Positions 1 through 14,004 of a stretch of 64,000 nucleotides of DNA are shown piece by piece. Made by a program: the position numbers and the translations under genes. Each line of letters begins with the position of its first letter. Within the stretch, counting starts at the first letter, position 1. Source of the DNA: Catajapyx aquilonaris (Eukaryota); NCBI GenBank assembly GCA_000934665.2, contig JYFJ02000141.1, positions 62,001 through 126,000 on the forward strand, in the 5' to 3' direction. The notes below the pieces were generated by a model. It saw nothing but the letters and a program-made list of their open reading frames with translations, was not told where the DNA came from and ran no database searches.

Positions 1-3000
1 TGTCAAATTTCCCACTCTGCATTTGGACCCGTAACACTACCAGTTTTTTGGTAAAATATTTTCAAAAGTAATTTAATATTTTACTTTGCGCATTGCTTGA
101 TGACTGCCATGCTAAGCGGTGAAAACAAATCATATTTCACGACCACATTTTAGCTAATTCCGCGTGCTCCCTTATATGTAAATATCACGCAATACCATTC
201 TCTTGAAAGTCATATAAAAATGGCTCTTAAATTTAACAGCATTGCATAGCATTCTTTATCGCTACCAACACGTGACATTATCCCTGCTCATTACATGGGA
301 TATGACACATCAGTAAACTGGTGACTGACCAATCGAAAATGACACCATACCCTACACCTTCCAAAATATTGCCATACACACAGCCCTGTACAAAAGCGAA
401 ATTGTTTCCACCTGACATTACACATTTAACGTCACTTGAATAGCCCAGCATGTAACATCAAAAGTACAGCCATAAACCGAGCTTTTGTCCCAGCAAGAAG
501 CTTTGACAACAACGTTAGTCCAAACCACAATCTGTTCTCAACAAAAGGCCCCGCTTGGAATATACGGCCCTGAATGAGACAAGATCCTGAGAGAAACAAG
601 GCAATGGCAGGCGACCATTTGAACGTCACACCCCCCAGAGTGTCAGATTGAAAAAATATTGAGAGACCAAAAATATCTCGTGTCTGGCTATACTGAGCAA
701 AAAATGGGAATAGCATTTGGAGAAAAAAATACGACTCTTGCTTGTTCTGCTGGCGTGACAGACACGGATGACCTTTCGTGACAGCAATCTGTAACCGTGG
801 GTGGAAAGTGATGAGCTCATTTTCGTGTATTTTTGCGTGTTAGCAGGACAGAGCGAGATCATCACATGGGCGGTATACTGTTCAAACACTTTTATTCGCC
901 ACCCTTGCGAATCCTAGATCCATAAGTAGACTCTACTACAGTACTGCTTGATACACCGGATTTAATTTTTTTTGAAATGTGGATTTTCGTCAAAGAGAAA
1001 AGGAGAGCAAACTTATGTTTGAAATGAGCCCATTAAGCGTCATTTTTACAAGGTTGTAATCCTGACATTCATTAGTATTAGGAAAGGAATGGAAATAAAT
1101 TCGGCCAGTAGGTATGCAGTAGTTTGAGGTTGAAGAATAGAAAGACCACTGTGATGATCCACTTGGTATTCGGATTCTGTTCCCGACTTTTATGGACGAA
1201 CCAAGTGTGGATTACAGTCTGTGGGGAAATCGATCGTGTATGGGAAAAGTTGGATTTATTCTTCAACCGTGTTCTTTGGATTCGTGACGGAAATGGCTCC
1301 CAGGAAATGACTTTTCGGACTTCTCAACACTATCGTTCAGTCCACTTTCATCAGGTCCGAACTATTGCATTGGGAGCACATACTGAAGGCGTGTCTTTCA
1401 AATGTTGACACTAACTAGGCTGCTTTGTGTATCTAAACGTGTTCCTAAATTAATGAATGGGAGAGATGAATAGCGGGCAATTGATTTAATTTGAGGCGGA
1501 GTTTTGTGTTTCTTTTGGAGAGGAACAGGATGGCTTTTATTAGTCGGCTTGTTAACTGTGCTTTCACTTGGGGGCAATTTTCAGCAAATCCTCGGTTCAA
1601 ATCATTTCGTTTGCTACCAACATGTCTGCTTAATTTCGTACTTGTGCATTCAATTAGTGAATGCCGAGGGGTTCCTCTCCTATGCAGGGTTATTAGTCCT
1701 TTACAATTAGCCTCGTGCCAACCATCCGGACTAATAGTCGTCTATAATAAGTCTTAGACATGTAATCATTGCGTTGATTTCGTACAGTACGAATCAACTG
1801 AGGTTCACGTAATGAGTATAATAGGGCAGATTTAGTCCGCATATGTTGTGAAAAAAATACACTTTGTGCATTGCATCCAAATGTTACATGATGGTGAAAA
1901 GTAGTTTCATTGACGTAGCACATTAATCCTGATTGCAAAATGGAAACCCGCACACACTTAAAGCACGAGTCGGATTAAACCTCTACACCTAATCCTACGC
2001 TGGGCTTGAAATCCCAATAATAATATATATTGCACTTGCCACTAGAAGATTGCCTGAAAATGTTCGCCATAATCCGGTGAATGCCATCAGGACTTTAAAA
2101 AGCACGGTTTAGTATAGCAGAAGTGCCTCATGCATGCACAGCATGATTAACTCTTCTCTCAAACACGAAACACATTTAGAGGTGTTTCAATTGAAATTTT
2201 TGTAGTAGGCCCTACATGTTGGCAATTTTGGACATTAAGCTCCTTATTTATAGGGTGTTATTTTAGGTAGTTACTTAAGTGTCACAAAACGTATCAACAT
2301 CTAATATTAGAGGAGTATGAATAAGCTCTCACATACATGAATGACAATAAGTTAGAGGACAGGCTTAGAAAGCTTAAAATTAGCAGTTCATACTAACTTT
2401 TGATATTATACACTAAAAATAACTATTACAAAGTGTATGTTTAATAATAAGCAGCTTAAGGCCAAAATACCGCTAAGCACTTTGAATATTTTAATTGAAA
2501 CACACTCTGTCCGGAGTACTGGAAAATCCTAAAACGACAAGTTTAAATCTCATCAGATAACTAATATCTTATGTACCGGCATATCTAGGAATAAAACCTA
2601 AAGGAAATGTTGCTCCTGGACAAATAAAAAACACATGTTTTGTCCACCATTTGAATTTTGAAGGTTATTAGTAATATTTTTTGCCATTATTATACATTTT
2701 TAGTGATTTCTCTATTTTCCTTGCAATTGGACTCAGTTTACACGTATGCGTATGATTTCTCCCGTTTAAACGGAGGGATCAGTTACTATCAATATTTGAG
2801 AGTGCCGATAATTCACTCAAAACCTTGGGAAACGATCTTACTCCCGAGAGTTTCTCCAATTTCCTCCCTCAAATCGTTCAATACGACATCAGTGAACATA
2901 GAGCACGGTGATGCCCAAGTATAGCTATACTCCGTTCAAAAGAATTTTTCTCATCCCCACTAACCATCAGAGAATAAAAATTAAAGCAATATAGACCGTT

Positions 3001-3926
3001 ATAATTGAAGAGCGATTTCCCAAAACAATCTACACCATTTTTACATACCTCTGAGATTATGTAGCTCATTTTATTTTGGTTTGGAAGGCGATCCAACATC
3101 TTGTCATGTTTTTGTTTAAATACCCTATTTTGTCATTTCAGATAGTGTCTCTTGCCACGACCTTCATACAGGTGACATGCAACTGTAAAACTATCAATAC
3201 GAGTTAGTTTAGGAGCACCTTACCTGTTGCTGGAACCCGTTTCCAGGCCACGAGTAGTCTGGATACCAGCAGTTATCCAGGCGCACATATAGGTCGTATT
3301 TGTTAATAGGCGCAGGACGTCTGTTCCAACACGGTCAGCAGTTCAAACACCATTTTGCCGGGCTGCACTTGACGGCGCGTGAAACCCCCCCTTGATGCGA
3401 TTTGTTACGCCCCCGCCCCCTCAGGTAAAACGAGAGGGGGCTCTGAACCTTCCTTGGCAGGAAACACACCCTACCCTACTTTTTCCTTTTAAATAATGTC
3501 GGATCTGCAAAGTGCCAGCATCGACAATCCCAGCGGAAACAAATCGTTAGACGATCGCTGGATCGTGCATAATTTCAGTCCCAGCTATTCAAATGTGCAC
3601 CCCTCCCACCGTTCAAATTGGATGGACTCTTCTTTGTGTATTTCCAGACCTTCCGAAATAACTAGTGGTACGTTGCTATGGCAAGTGCAGCAAACTGCGG
3701 GCGACCACAATCCAGCAGAAGTGTTTCCTCGCGACTGTCAGATTGGGGAGATTGTGGGGACGTGCACCCTTACCCCTTTTGCCCCACCCCCGCACCTCCC
3801 ACCCCCACCCAACGCTGTACGCTGCGCGATCCCTACACACAATCTGACGCCTGCACAATATTGTCTTATTCATCATCTTAAGTGTGACTAATGCAATCAT
3901 CACCTCTCAGCAACTTTTTATAAAGC

Positions 3927-3996
<70 letters not shown>
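3927..3996. repeat. (ATT)n microsatellite
   Basis: About 23 uninterrupted TAT/ATT units, directly visible. Confidence 0.95.
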
Positions 3997-3999
<3 letters not shown>

Positions 4000-6900
4000 T
4001 CACAGTACTGTTAATGAAATGGGTTTATCCTAACTTACGAAGGCCACCCATGTGGCACGGATGTCCGGCTGAAAATCGCACTTTTAGGATAAGAGAAAGA
4101 ATGTCCAGATCATCCTGCAGATGGCGTAGTTTATTCTTCGCTTGCGGCAATTAATTACACTTGCAACGAACGCAATCAGCGCCGAAGCGGAAGCAGCTCT
4201 CCTTAAAAGAATTACCACCGGGACTGTGCTTGCCACAAAAAAAATATCTCTGCAGTGCTATCTAGACAAATATTCGCATAAAACACTTGAAAGAAAACAA
4301 TCCTACTTTGGATCTCTTTTTTTTCGTCTCCTCTGCAGACTCTCGCCGAATATCAATGCCGTTTGGAAAATCAATTTGCATTCTTATGGATTTGGCCCCT
4401 ACAATCATTATTGTCGTCTTGGTGCTTTAAAAGTGGTGGGATCCAAAAGCAATCTGCACCCTGGAGAGGGTGAAAGCCTAGAATTCGCTAGAATAAAGTG
4501 TGACAAGATGGGCCTAATCTCACACTTATCCCAAAGCCTCTAATTTCACTCCATCGAACGATATTTGGTGTCATCGGCACGTGCCTTGAATCCAATCCAG
4601 CATCTTCTTCAAAATGGTCTTAGCCATTGAATAAAATAGGTGCTGGTCCTATGTTTTAGGTCAAAGGTTGTTCTGGTTTTATTGTTACACAAACTGGAAC
4701 TGCGGTACAGATATGCTATACAATAACTCTCCGTACTTTATACCCACGAGAACTTTCCGCAACACTTGTCGCGGTCAATTCTCTACACCCACATTCGGAG
4801 TGTTCGGACTGCAAACAGGTTGGGGCATATCCTCTGCAATTGTGTTAGCTCCAATTACATTGCTAGTTAGCATATCCGGTTGACCTTTGGAGTTGAACCG
4901 CAGAAGTGTGAATCCGAAGGTTCTTATTACAATGAAATCCTGCTAAATTCATGTTCATCCTGGAAACTACGAAATTCTGATCATGAAGGTGGATTTGGCA
5001 TGTCATTAGTAGGGATATTGATTCGAATCAATTATACATGTTGAAATCTGCCGTTAATTAGTGTCGCCAGTTTTCTGTCAAATGTCATGTTATAGCGTTG
5101 CAAGTTAAGTGCACAAAAAAATGACTGGCTCAAAGTTTTGGAAAAAGCTCTTTTCAGGCTGATAGCTGAAGCAGGTTCCCTGTCAGTTTCCATGATCCCT
5201 TATTAAACTTTGGGTTCTGTTTTTGATTCAGAAGAGATCATGTCTTGGCTCGGGCTTCAACGCCTGCACACGTTTGATTGCTTTACTTTTCATCCATTTT
5301 TTTGCACTTTTCGCCATTCATTTCCAGACAAATAATGGTTTGCCTACAAATTGTGGATGTCCTTGGTCTAGGCTGGGTCAAGGTGAAGCAGGGGCATTTG
5401 AAAAGTTATAAAAACATTTTTTTATCTCCGCGGCCTCCTACTTTATGAGAGTTGGTATAAATAAGTTGCAATTTTACGAAAGTTTTTATTGTGATTAAGA
5501 CCGTGTAATTGATTTTACGAGGAAGTTATGCCAGATTTTATGCTCTGTTGACTTCACCAACCAAACCTGCTATAGAAATTGTTTCTACTTGCTCTATTCA
5601 CGAATAATTCAGGAGTTTACCGGATTTGGTTGCTGTGCAACAACATCTGTACGGTTCAGAAAAAGGGACGTTGTTTTCTGAAGCGTATAAATGAGGTTCC
5701 CGGATGATAAAATTGGCCATTATCGCAGGTCACAAGGAAACACACTAACACATACGTCCAGGTTCTGCAACTTTAGTTATATTTCAACAGAATACTGCTC
5801 AACACAAAGGTTACTTTGTAGTCAGGAATAATATTAATAGCTGACTCTTCTTTGTAACCGCCTCCTTTGGTTTTGATGACTTTTGGTCTTATACAGTCTG
5901 ACAGACTAAATGACGGGATACATATCATATTAAGTTCAATGTCTCTTTCAATAAATTCTGTCTATGTGCAGTGGCCTTCGTTGAGCCTGGCCATACATCT
6001 CAACTCTGTTATTTGACATCTTAATGCTACATGTCATAAGAATTTGCTAACCAATTCTTTAAGACTTTCTGTGCCATTTTGAATTATTAGGGAGACTATA
6101 AATTGCAAAAGACGTCTACAGCAGCCATGTTGGTATGTTAAAGGTCACTGTTTTGACCCAAATTGCGATTTATCCTACTGCAATTTTCTATAGTATACCA
6201 TCTCAGCATGCCAGCATTACCTAACGAAGAAAATAAAAATGAACTCTTGGTTGACAGAGGATGAGACACATGAAGCGACGCGCAGCTTTTCATCAACTTT
6301 TCATCTCTGGTAACGATATCTTTGCACCCCCTACAGTGCAGCTGAGAGTATCTCGTCTGCAGAAAGTTTTCGACCTGGTTGTGACAGGAAATGAGGCCGT
6401 TGGAACCCAATTGATCTATTCCGCATGATCCTTCCGACAAGGGCTTTTCTCAGAATAAAGGAGACATGAAGCATCATATTCAAAAGAGTCTGCTGATGGC
6501 TTGTCATCCGCTCTAATGCAACTCTTCAGGGAATATTTCTCCTCCAGAACGAGCTGCCACCTGACGGCGTGAAATTTAAATTCGCTTTAAAAATTCGCAA
6601 CTTTTTTTCGCGAACTGGCTTGAGAGCCATCTGTCGGGTTTGAACTGAACTATCGGCGTTTTGCTTTATTGGCATTCATCGCGATTTTTATATGAATCAT
6701 CCGGCTTTTACGTCCCACGTGACAAAACAGTGGCAGTACAGATGGCAGTAGAATTTTTGCAACAGTGTCAGATTTTTTTTTTTTTGCGTGGATGTGAAAC
6801 GGATCGAGTAACCTTGAAAGTCTAATATTAGATGGCAATGATGAGCCCGGATTGTGAAAACAGCCTTTGTGTAATATCCTTTTTCTGCCATGAGAAACCC

Positions 6901-7555
6901 ACAGTTTATAGCCTACACTAATTAGTATGATAACCTCAATTGTCTGAATGTTACATAACATGTGGCAGAGGTGCAAAGTTCGTCAACTTGTCTCCACTTG
7001 CGCTGTAGTGATTGTAACACAGTGTCACCTGATTCTAAAAATAAATGGAGTGCGCCTCATTTGCGAAAAACTTTTTTTGAATTGGGTAAGAAGGTCTGAT
7101 GGCTCAATATTCACATGATGGCATTGACCTGGTTCTGTGAATATGATTCAAAGTGACTAAATGTTTCACCTGAGAAAGGGTCTCAAATCATGTTTTATTT
7201 GCTTTGCAGTGGAAATAACTTGGGACAATTATTTTTATCTGTGGTTCCATACTCTCTATTTTTAAAATAACAATACATAGTGTGACTTTGTAAAGTTGTT
7301 CCACTGAAAATAGAATGAAACACTGTAATAGTACAGCATTGCTGTGGATTATTCCTGAAAACTGACATTTTCACTGCCAAGATGAAGTGGAATGATTTTA
7401 TTTAAAAACACCCTCAAATTTTTTTGACTTTTACTTATTTGTCCATAATTTGCTACCAGTCACAGCTATCGTATTGGCGGCGTTTTTCATGTGAGCTATA
7501 ATCCTGTAGGCTATAATATGATAAGAATTTTTTTATTATTGTCAGACCCTTCTGC

Positions 7556-7682
7556 TATAGATCGGTCACTATACGCACGCAACCGAGTGGCCAATTTTAT
7601 TACAGGAATTTTATTGCAAACTGTATTCCTTCCTGTAATAAAATTGGCCACTCTGTTGCGTTCATATAGTGACCGATCTATA
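7556..7682. repeat. Short inverted repeat (MITE-like hairpin) upstream of DDI1
   Basis: The left arm TATAGATCGGTCACTATAC...TTACAGGAA (7556-7607) is the near-exact reverse complement of TTCCTGTAA...GTGACCGATCTATA (7630-7682). Confidence 0.85.
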
Positions 7683-7830
7683 ACAACGCAACGAATGACA
7701 TTCATTTGATTGTTGCTGACATACCCAACAATGATTGTACATCAGACGAGACGTGAACATTGTGAAGAGTTGGAGCCAAATCCCTAGTGTACTCCATATG
7801 ACAGGCCGAAAACGCAAAATCCGCAAAATC

Positions 7831-10800
7831 ATGGCTGACGGTAAGCACATCTTTACTAAAGATCTTTCTACACACACTGTACACACACGTGTCACACAAA
7901 TTCCTGTAAAAATTCCGCCCCAAAAATTTCACACAATCGATCCATACGTGGCCAAAAAAAGCAGCATCCTACCGACCTCCAACCTACTGCCATCTCTTAC
8001 GCTGTGCAGTAGTAAAGTGTGAGGTCCCTGATACTATCATTCGCCCCGGGGACACCGGACGGGCTAGTCGTCCAAATAATCTCTCTTTTCACACTGGGAC
8101 ACTTGCCTGTAAGTTGGTTGCATGTAAACACTTGCCCACTAGACTCACCGGTACAGTGCCCCACCGACATACACACCAACCGTTGGCCGCACTAACATCA
8201 ATCTATCCGCAGACTGCAACATAATGAAGATAACTGTGACTACGCTGACGGACACCATCTTCACTCTGGATGTGAGCGAGGACCTGGAGCTGGAGAACTT
8301 CAAGGCCTTCTGCGAGGTGGAGTCGGGTGTGCCTGCGCCTGAGATAGTCATACTGTACAATGCGGTGCCGCTCATGGACAATAAGAAGTCACTGAAGGAC
8401 CATGGGTTGAAGGATGGGGACGTGGTGATGCTGCAGCACTTGCAGCCGGCGCAGCAGTCGGGAGGGGGATCGGGATTGCCGCAGTTTGACTTTAGCGAGA
8501 TTCAGGTCCCAGTATCGCCTACGTCGGCCATGGCAGGTAGGATCGGCTGTAGGCTACGTGGCTCATTGCGTAATGTATCAGATAGATTCAACAAATAGTG
8601 CAAGTTGGTCGCAGTTTTTCGCCTGCATGGCAACACATTGCGCCATGATTCAAAAAAAGATGCGTAACGAGCTTGAGTTGCATCAGCTGCTGCACCGTAC
8701 GAGTCTATATGCGTATTTTCATCCTTTTAGTTTTTTAGGTAATTATAATTTTGGTAACTGAATGTTGATGTTGGAGCAATGAGGAGTGATGTTGTGCATG
8801 GATGGATGTGCTGTCAGTTGTCTTGCGCACTATGTGGGTAAGTGCCAGTCGACTCTCTCAAAATGGGCGAAAAAATTTTACCCATACAAATCAGCTTTAT
8901 TATGATACGTACCACTTATTTCTTGCGATGAAAAACAATTTTGAATTCTTGGTTTACACTCTTGTATTATAGCTGCTATTTCTGTCCATTTTTAAAAGTG
9001 TGTCATTCTTGCACAATATTATTGATCTCGAAGCCTTGCTAACAAATCAGGCTAAACAAACTTAGATGGTTCATGTAGGTGGCTCTGCAATTCTTGGGAT
9101 GATGCCTAGAAGTCAGGAATGTTTTGAGATGTGAAAGTGTTTTTTTGGCTATTCATTACAAAGCATTTTGTGAATAACTTTGAATTTGGTCAGCAATGCT
9201 TGTGGGATGTGTGCCACCCTGTGCCTTTCAACCAAAAGGTGAACCTGTTCTGGACCAGGTCTAGTTTCATTGCCCGTGTCGTCAGTGACCTCATTTTATA
9301 GTGACTCATCCAATGACTCATCCGAGACACCCTGTGACTGTTGCTGAGGAGTTGGATTGCACTAGAGTTACGAGTAATGCAAGTCGCACATTGACTTGAG
9401 TTTTTTTTCCGTAATGCAAAACACTTGAACATTATAAGTTAATTCAGTGACATGATTGTATACTTCATGAAGACTGGAAAAACTCTTCTACTGTGAATAG
9501 CTCAAAGATTATGCAAGCTGTTGTCTTGATTGATTTTCAAATTGGTTTCATTTAGGGGGAAATATTAAAGAAAAGGACCAATATGAGCGTCACATTAATT
9601 GAGTCTGCCGAGATCTGGTACTTTTTGCCTAATGTCAAGCACATCTACCTACTTGTTGTGCTCTAACATTGAAAGTGGAATTGTAGTGTCACCGTATTTT
9701 GATCAAAGCATGATGCAACTTTTAAAATAATTCATCTAATAAAAACATGCATGATTTCAGGTCCTTCCCATCCCCGCACTGCGCTGGATGACAATCCTGC
9801 AGTTATCCGTGAGATGATCCTGGGCAACCCGGAGCAGCTGGCCCTCCTCAAGCAGAATAACCCCCCTCTCGCAGACGCTCTCCTGAGTGGTGACTTGGAA
9901 GCCTTTTCCCGGGTCCTGAAAGAGCAGCAGGAGGCCAGGGCAGAGAGGGAGAGGCAGCGGATCCGCATGCTCAATGCAGATCCCTTCGACACAGAGACTC
10001 AGAGGCTGATTGCAGATGAGATCAAGCAAAAGAACATCGAGGCTAACATGGAGGCTGCTATAGAATTCAACCCAGAGAGCTTTGGAACTGTTGTCATGCT
10101 GTACATCAACTGCAGGGTCAATGGACATCCCGTCAAAGCTTTCATTGATTCTGGTAAATATGCAAAGACTTCATAACTGACCTGTAAGAAACTGATGCCG
10201 GATTTCTCGAACAGTGGTTCAAATGTAAACCTGGTTCAAGTCCGGTTTAATTCCAGTTCAGAGAAACTTTCATTTCTTGAGGCAAAAGTAAACCCCGGAT
10301 GCAGTGTAAACTCGGTTCACATCTGACCGCCTGGCTGACTGCCGTTATCGGGAATGAACCGGTTTTGCAGTGCCAGGAACAACACGAAAAGGTGTTATTT
10401 TTTGGCTAGTTGCGGACGTTACGCAGCAAAAGGATTTTTTAATGACACTTCTCGGAGGCCAAAAAATTCCCCCTGTGAACCATGGATAGTGCACATCTGT
10501 GTCAATCTAATGATATATTTGAAATTCAGAAATCGCCATTTGTGTAATCATAATTAAGTTAATTGCATACCTCTGTTATCTCTGCTGTTTATAATCCGAA
10601 TTACTTCGCGAATGTATTGACGGCAAGCCAGAAATGTTCGTGATAAAATTACATTGTGCTCTATTACACTAAAACTTTTAAAACGTGTTTAAAAGTATCG
10701 CCGTCTATTCCTCCCAGAAAGCGGGCTGAGAACTTGTCTATTAAACTTACTAAAACAATACAAAACATTTTATTGTAATAGAGCACAATGTAATTTTATC

Positions 10801-12864
10801 ACGCACATTTCTGGCTTCACATCGATACATTCGTGAAGTAATTCGGATTATAAAATGCCGAGATAAACAGAGGTGTGCAATTAACTTAATTAATGATTAC
10901 ACAAATGATGATTTCTAAGTTTCAAATAGTATGTCATTAGCTGGACAAAGACATGCACTATCCAGGGTTCACAGGGAAAGTCTTTTGGCCTCCGAGAAGT
11001 GTCATTAAAAATTCATTTTGCAGCGTATCGTCGGCAACTAGTCAAAAAATGTCACTTCAAATGTAATGTCCCTCTCTCCACCTTCTGGACTTGCTGACTA
11101 GTGTTTATTTACACGCCGGTAAAGACTCGTGCAGAAGTTCAGACCGGTTCGGGGAAATGGGGAAGACTCGAAATGTGGCAATTCGAACGTGGAAGTGGCG
11201 TTCGCATAGTAACCGGGGATTTGTTTACGCTCGAGAATTGCGCACTTTCGGAAGGGGAGTTTAAACTTAATCCAGCGTGTAGACGCAAACCCAACTCAAA
11301 CTGACTTGAACCACTGTTCGAGGAATCGGGCCATGCTATACATCAACTGCTGGGTCAATGGACATCCCGTCAAAGCTTTCATTGATTCTGGTAAATATGC
11401 AAGGACTTGATACCTGACTTATACGAAACTGAGTGTGTTAAAAGGTCAGTTCATGTGTCACTGACTGCGAGTTTGTGACATACAGGGCCAATTTCGCCAT
11501 GCATGTGGTTGGTAATACTTGTTAAAACTGTATTCATGGGATGTAAAACTGACATAATTGTCTGCTGCAGGTGCCCAAACAACAATAATGTCTTCAGCCT
11601 GTGCGGAACGTTGCGCCATAATGCGCCTGGTAGACACTCGCTGGGCAGGAATTGCCAAAGGTGTTGGAACTCAGAAGATCCTGGGCCGCATCCACATGGT
11701 CCAGATCCAAATTGAGGGGGACTTCCTGACCACTTCCTTCTCCGTGTTGGAGGAGCAGCCCATGGACATGCTGCTTGGGTTGGACATGCTGAAGAGGCAC
11801 CAATGTGTTATTGACCTGAAGCGTGGGCTGCTGATCATTGGGACCACTGGCACGGAGACTGCCTTCCTTGGGGAAAGCGATCTCCCGGAATGTGCACGAC
11901 TCAATAGTCGCTCTGAGGAGGAGGTTATCAGGGAGAGCGCCAGGGAAGCTGAGGATCGGGACCTGGCCAGAGCAATACAACAGAGTGCTGCGGGGGCTCG
12001 AAGGGGAAATGGCAGTGGAGGTACTTGTCGACGCAAAAAATGTCCACCCAAGTAGCAATCATCCATCCTGTACCCAACTGAAAGTCCAAAAAAAAATGAC
12101 TCAACCCATCCAACCATACAGGTGCAGCTCGCCTGAAACCTGCATCACAACATGTCAGAGCCACATTTCACAACCCTGCCCCTGACCCATGTAAGATCCT
12201 GAAAGACCCAATCCAATATTGGGTTTTCTGCGTGCCATGGTAATGTTAATGGATGTTAGGTCTAATAATGCTAGATGAAACGGGTGGCCTAGTTTTCCTG
12301 ATAACTACACAATGAGTTAATAAAATTCGCATTTGGAGAGAGGCTGCAGGTGACACTGTAACTAGTGTAACACATACGTTGATTGATTTTTGCTTTTATA
12401 TGAGGGTTACTTTAATAACACTACAGTTAAGTTAAATGAAACCTTCACTAACACTTGTCATGGCACATGGCAACACCAATCATCGTTATGTAGTGAAACC
12501 TGTTTATAGTGGAATTGCTTCCCTCTGCAAAAGTAGTTTGTACTGAAACTGGACTGGACATAATATGTCAGTTGCAAATGGAATTATTCAGTAGATATTA
12601 ATACTGTGCTTATTGCAGATGGTATGGAGGTGACATCTCCAGCCAGAGTTCGACCTGAAGACAAATTCACGGAGAGAGATGTTAGAGAATTAGTTGGAAT
12701 GGGGTTCGACCAAACACAGGTCAGTTTTACGTGGTGCACATGTTTTGTCTCTTGATGAAAACTTGACTGTGCTTTTCTTGCAGGTGATTTCAGAGCTGCG
12801 GCGCTTTGACGGAGACAAAACACAGGCAATGGCTGCTCTCTTTGCAAAGTCTCTCAAGTTCTGA
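7831..12864 (+). CDS. DDI1: DNA damage-inducible protein 1 homolog (UBL, helical region, retroviral-like aspartic protease, UBA)
   Basis: Exons read manually with GT-AG boundaries and consistent phases: 7831-7840 (candidate micro first exon), 8213-8536 (UBL, second Met at 8224, [10 protein letters not shown]), 9761-10153 (...[27 protein letters not shown]), 11571-12020 (GAQTTIMS...[12 protein letters not shown]...[12 protein letters not shown]), 12619-12719 and 12784-12864 ([42 protein letters not shown]). The catalytic D-S-G-A motif is split by an intron. Confidence 0.95.
10197..11331. mobile_element. Non-autonomous DNA transposon with ~26 bp TIRs (possibly PIF/Harbinger-like) in a DDI1 intron
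   Basis: GCCGGATTTCTCGAACAGTGGTTCAA (10197-10222) pairs with TTGAACCACTGTTCGAGGAATCGGGC (11306-11331). No transposase ORF. The superfamily is inferred from TIR resemblance only. Confidence 0.8.
10392..11055. mobile_element. Nested foldback element (~280 bp diverged inverted arms)
   Basis: 10392-10668 is the imperfect reverse complement of 10774-11055 (for example AATGACACTTCTCGGAGGCCAAAA versus TTTTGGCCTCCGAGAAGTGTCATT). Confidence 0.85.
11332..11432 (+). repeat. 101 bp direct duplication of the DDI1 exon 3' end and donor (copy of 10095-10195)
   Basis: 8 mismatches in 101 bp against 10095-10195. It encodes [19 protein letters not shown] followed by G|GTAAAT. Confidence 0.95.
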
Positions 12865-14004
12865 CCTCAGCCACAGATTGTGAGTCACTCACTCACATTA
12901 TTTGTATCGATATATTAATCACTGGAAATAAGAAAAATGTACATTTTTGCACTGGGACATTTTCTACGAAAGCCTCCTTTTTTCATTTTTTAACAAGATG
13001 CGATCAAGGACAGCATGATATTTTTCACACCTCATTACTTTAATAACATGTATTGCGAATGCCATTTTTTGCATTAAAACAACTGTCAATTACTACAGCT
13101 TTCATTTAGCTCCCTTTATTCTCAGTTGGATTTGACTTTGAGCACACAGCTGTAAAATGATTCTTTCAGTGTTCCAGAAGTGACACAGCAGTGGTTATGT
13201 AGGTACCAGAACTGGGTTCTCGCTAGGGGTCAGATGTGCTGTAGATGTTGTCGCAATGGTATGTATGCTCCCTACATTGTTGTGATTGCATCTCAAGTGC
13301 ACCTTATGTTACTGCAGGTTAGTGACACAGATCAATTTCGCCACTAGCTGCTTGAGAAAAGATAGAACTACAGAAAAGAAAGAAAAAAACTTTTCCAAAC
13401 CATTCAAAGTTGTGGGACCAAATCACTGTAAAGCTGCTGAAATTATAACTTCCTGAATGCAACTTCCTGATAACTTCCTGAACACTTCCTGAATGCAGAG
13501 GAAACTTACCCAAGATGGAATTTTCTTTTGATCCTGTAGATTATTATTTTCAATATCGATTTTTATTGCATGCAGCAAAAACTCGTTGGGTATTGAGAAT
13601 TTTTGCAGAGAGCAGCAACTTTGTTATATATCAGTTTTGCTGTGCTCCCTGTTTCTTGAAAGAGAGAAAGAGAACAAGAGTATTAGTGACGTCAAAATGA
13701 GCAGAAATGACTGCAACAACATCAATGACGTTACTATCAATGAAAGGCTTGTGATGTCAGTAGAAGGTGCTCTACATTACAGAGAGTCATCACAATGACC
13801 TTGGAAGTAAGCAAGCCAATGTAAGCACATATTCTAAGTATTAATAGACTATAATTAAATTAAATGTCATAAAATCAATACCAGTACTTTGCATAAGGTG
13901 CAACACAGAGCATCCCAAGTCTCATGGATGCCATTTTTCAAGCCTACATTTGTTTGATTATGATATTTGATTTGGGTTTTCTACATTAATTACTAAGAAA
14001 CAGT

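Noticed and set aside
6334..6561. Exon-like segment or short basic ORF on the minus strand upstream of DDI1, plus an isolated donor near 3222
   Set aside because: I could not build a coherent gene model or recognise a product for region 1-7500.
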